Assembly: GCF_004010195.1 (NCBI RefSeq)
Contig: NC_057751.1
Coordinates: 3,425,907-3,487,906 of the forward strand
DNA: 62,000 nucleotides
Reading direction: 5' to 3'
Source: Chiloscyllium plagiosum
Taxonomy: Eukaryota
Part shown: piece by piece, positions 61,731-62,000 of the stretch
Layout: the number at the start of each line of letters is the position of its first letter
Numbering within the stretch: the first letter of the stretch is position 1
Translations under genes and position numbers: made by a program
The notes under the pieces: model-generated
Database searches by the model: none
Seen by the model: the letters and a program-made list of their open reading frames with translations, nothing else
Told to the model about the DNA's origin: nothing

Positions 61731-61933
61731 TTTGGAGATGCCGGTGATGGACTAGGGTTTACAAAGTTAAAAATCACAACACCAGGTTATCGTCCAACAG
61801 ATTTCATTGAAAGCACTAGCTTTCGGAGTGACGCTCCTTCATCAGGTGATAGTGGAGCATCACTCCGAAAGCTAGTGCTTCCAATTAAACCTGTTGGACG
61901 ACAACCTGGTGTTGTGTGATTTTTAACTTGAGA
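61731..61933. mobile_element. Penelope-derived hairpin element with a probable 8-bp TSD
   Basis: Inverted arms aagttaaaaatcac...gtgatttttaactt; caatatgg at 61723-61730 and 61934-61941. Confidence 0.85.
61814..61848 (-). ncRNA. Minimal type-I hammerhead ribozyme (Penelope-type)
   Basis: CAC-CUGAUGA-A-GGAG CGUCA CUCC-GAAAG-CUA-GUG; helix I CAC/GUG, palindromic AGCU helix III. Confidence 0.7.
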
Positions 61934-62000
61934 CAATATGGGGCTTTGATGTGCTCTTCCACCCAACATCAATAAGCCAAGACTTTGTGTTTTACCTCAG

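Noticed and set aside
61981..62000. Splice signal at the window edge
   Set aside because: Reads as both a minus-strand donor (GAG|gtaaaa) and a plus-strand acceptor; cannot be resolved without flanking sequence
54000..62000. CCAR2 or C8orf58 exons expected from mammalian synteny
   Set aside because: The minus-strand exon translations show no similarity I can recognise to either protein

Overview
Eukaryotic, repeat-rich vertebrate DNA. HE1-type V-SINEs, Deu-domain SINEs, CR1 LINEs and Penelope elements point to an elasmobranch (shark); that assignment is inference. The only gene I can name is BIN3: its last three coding exons lie on + at 1480-1621, 3973-4107 and 53028-53174, with a very long last intron of about 48.9 kb. 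The main unexpected signal is on the minus strand: a chain of about 20 exon-like segments with GT-AG boundaries and mostly compatible phases, running from about 60.9 kb down to about 7.1 kb. It straddles the BIN3 terminal exon and fills BIN3's last intron. Spliced by eye, it encodes a large protein with a PIDD1/DTHD1-like ZU5(-UPA) region, several death-fold-like helical segments and long disordered linkers. Exons inside the BIN3 intron carry stops, frameshifts and TE insertions, and removing some insertions restores the frame, so it looks like a decayed, unnamed gene. Other notable features: many short Penelope-derived hairpin elements with minimal hammerhead-ribozyme cores and target-site duplications; a 1.7-kb C-rich minisatellite with dimer and tetramer higher-order structure; a roughly 1-kb TA-bounded long inverted repeat downstream of BIN3; solo LTRs; a Tigger-like MITE; and several local tandem duplications. 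All homology calls are from motif recognition by eye, and no searches were run.
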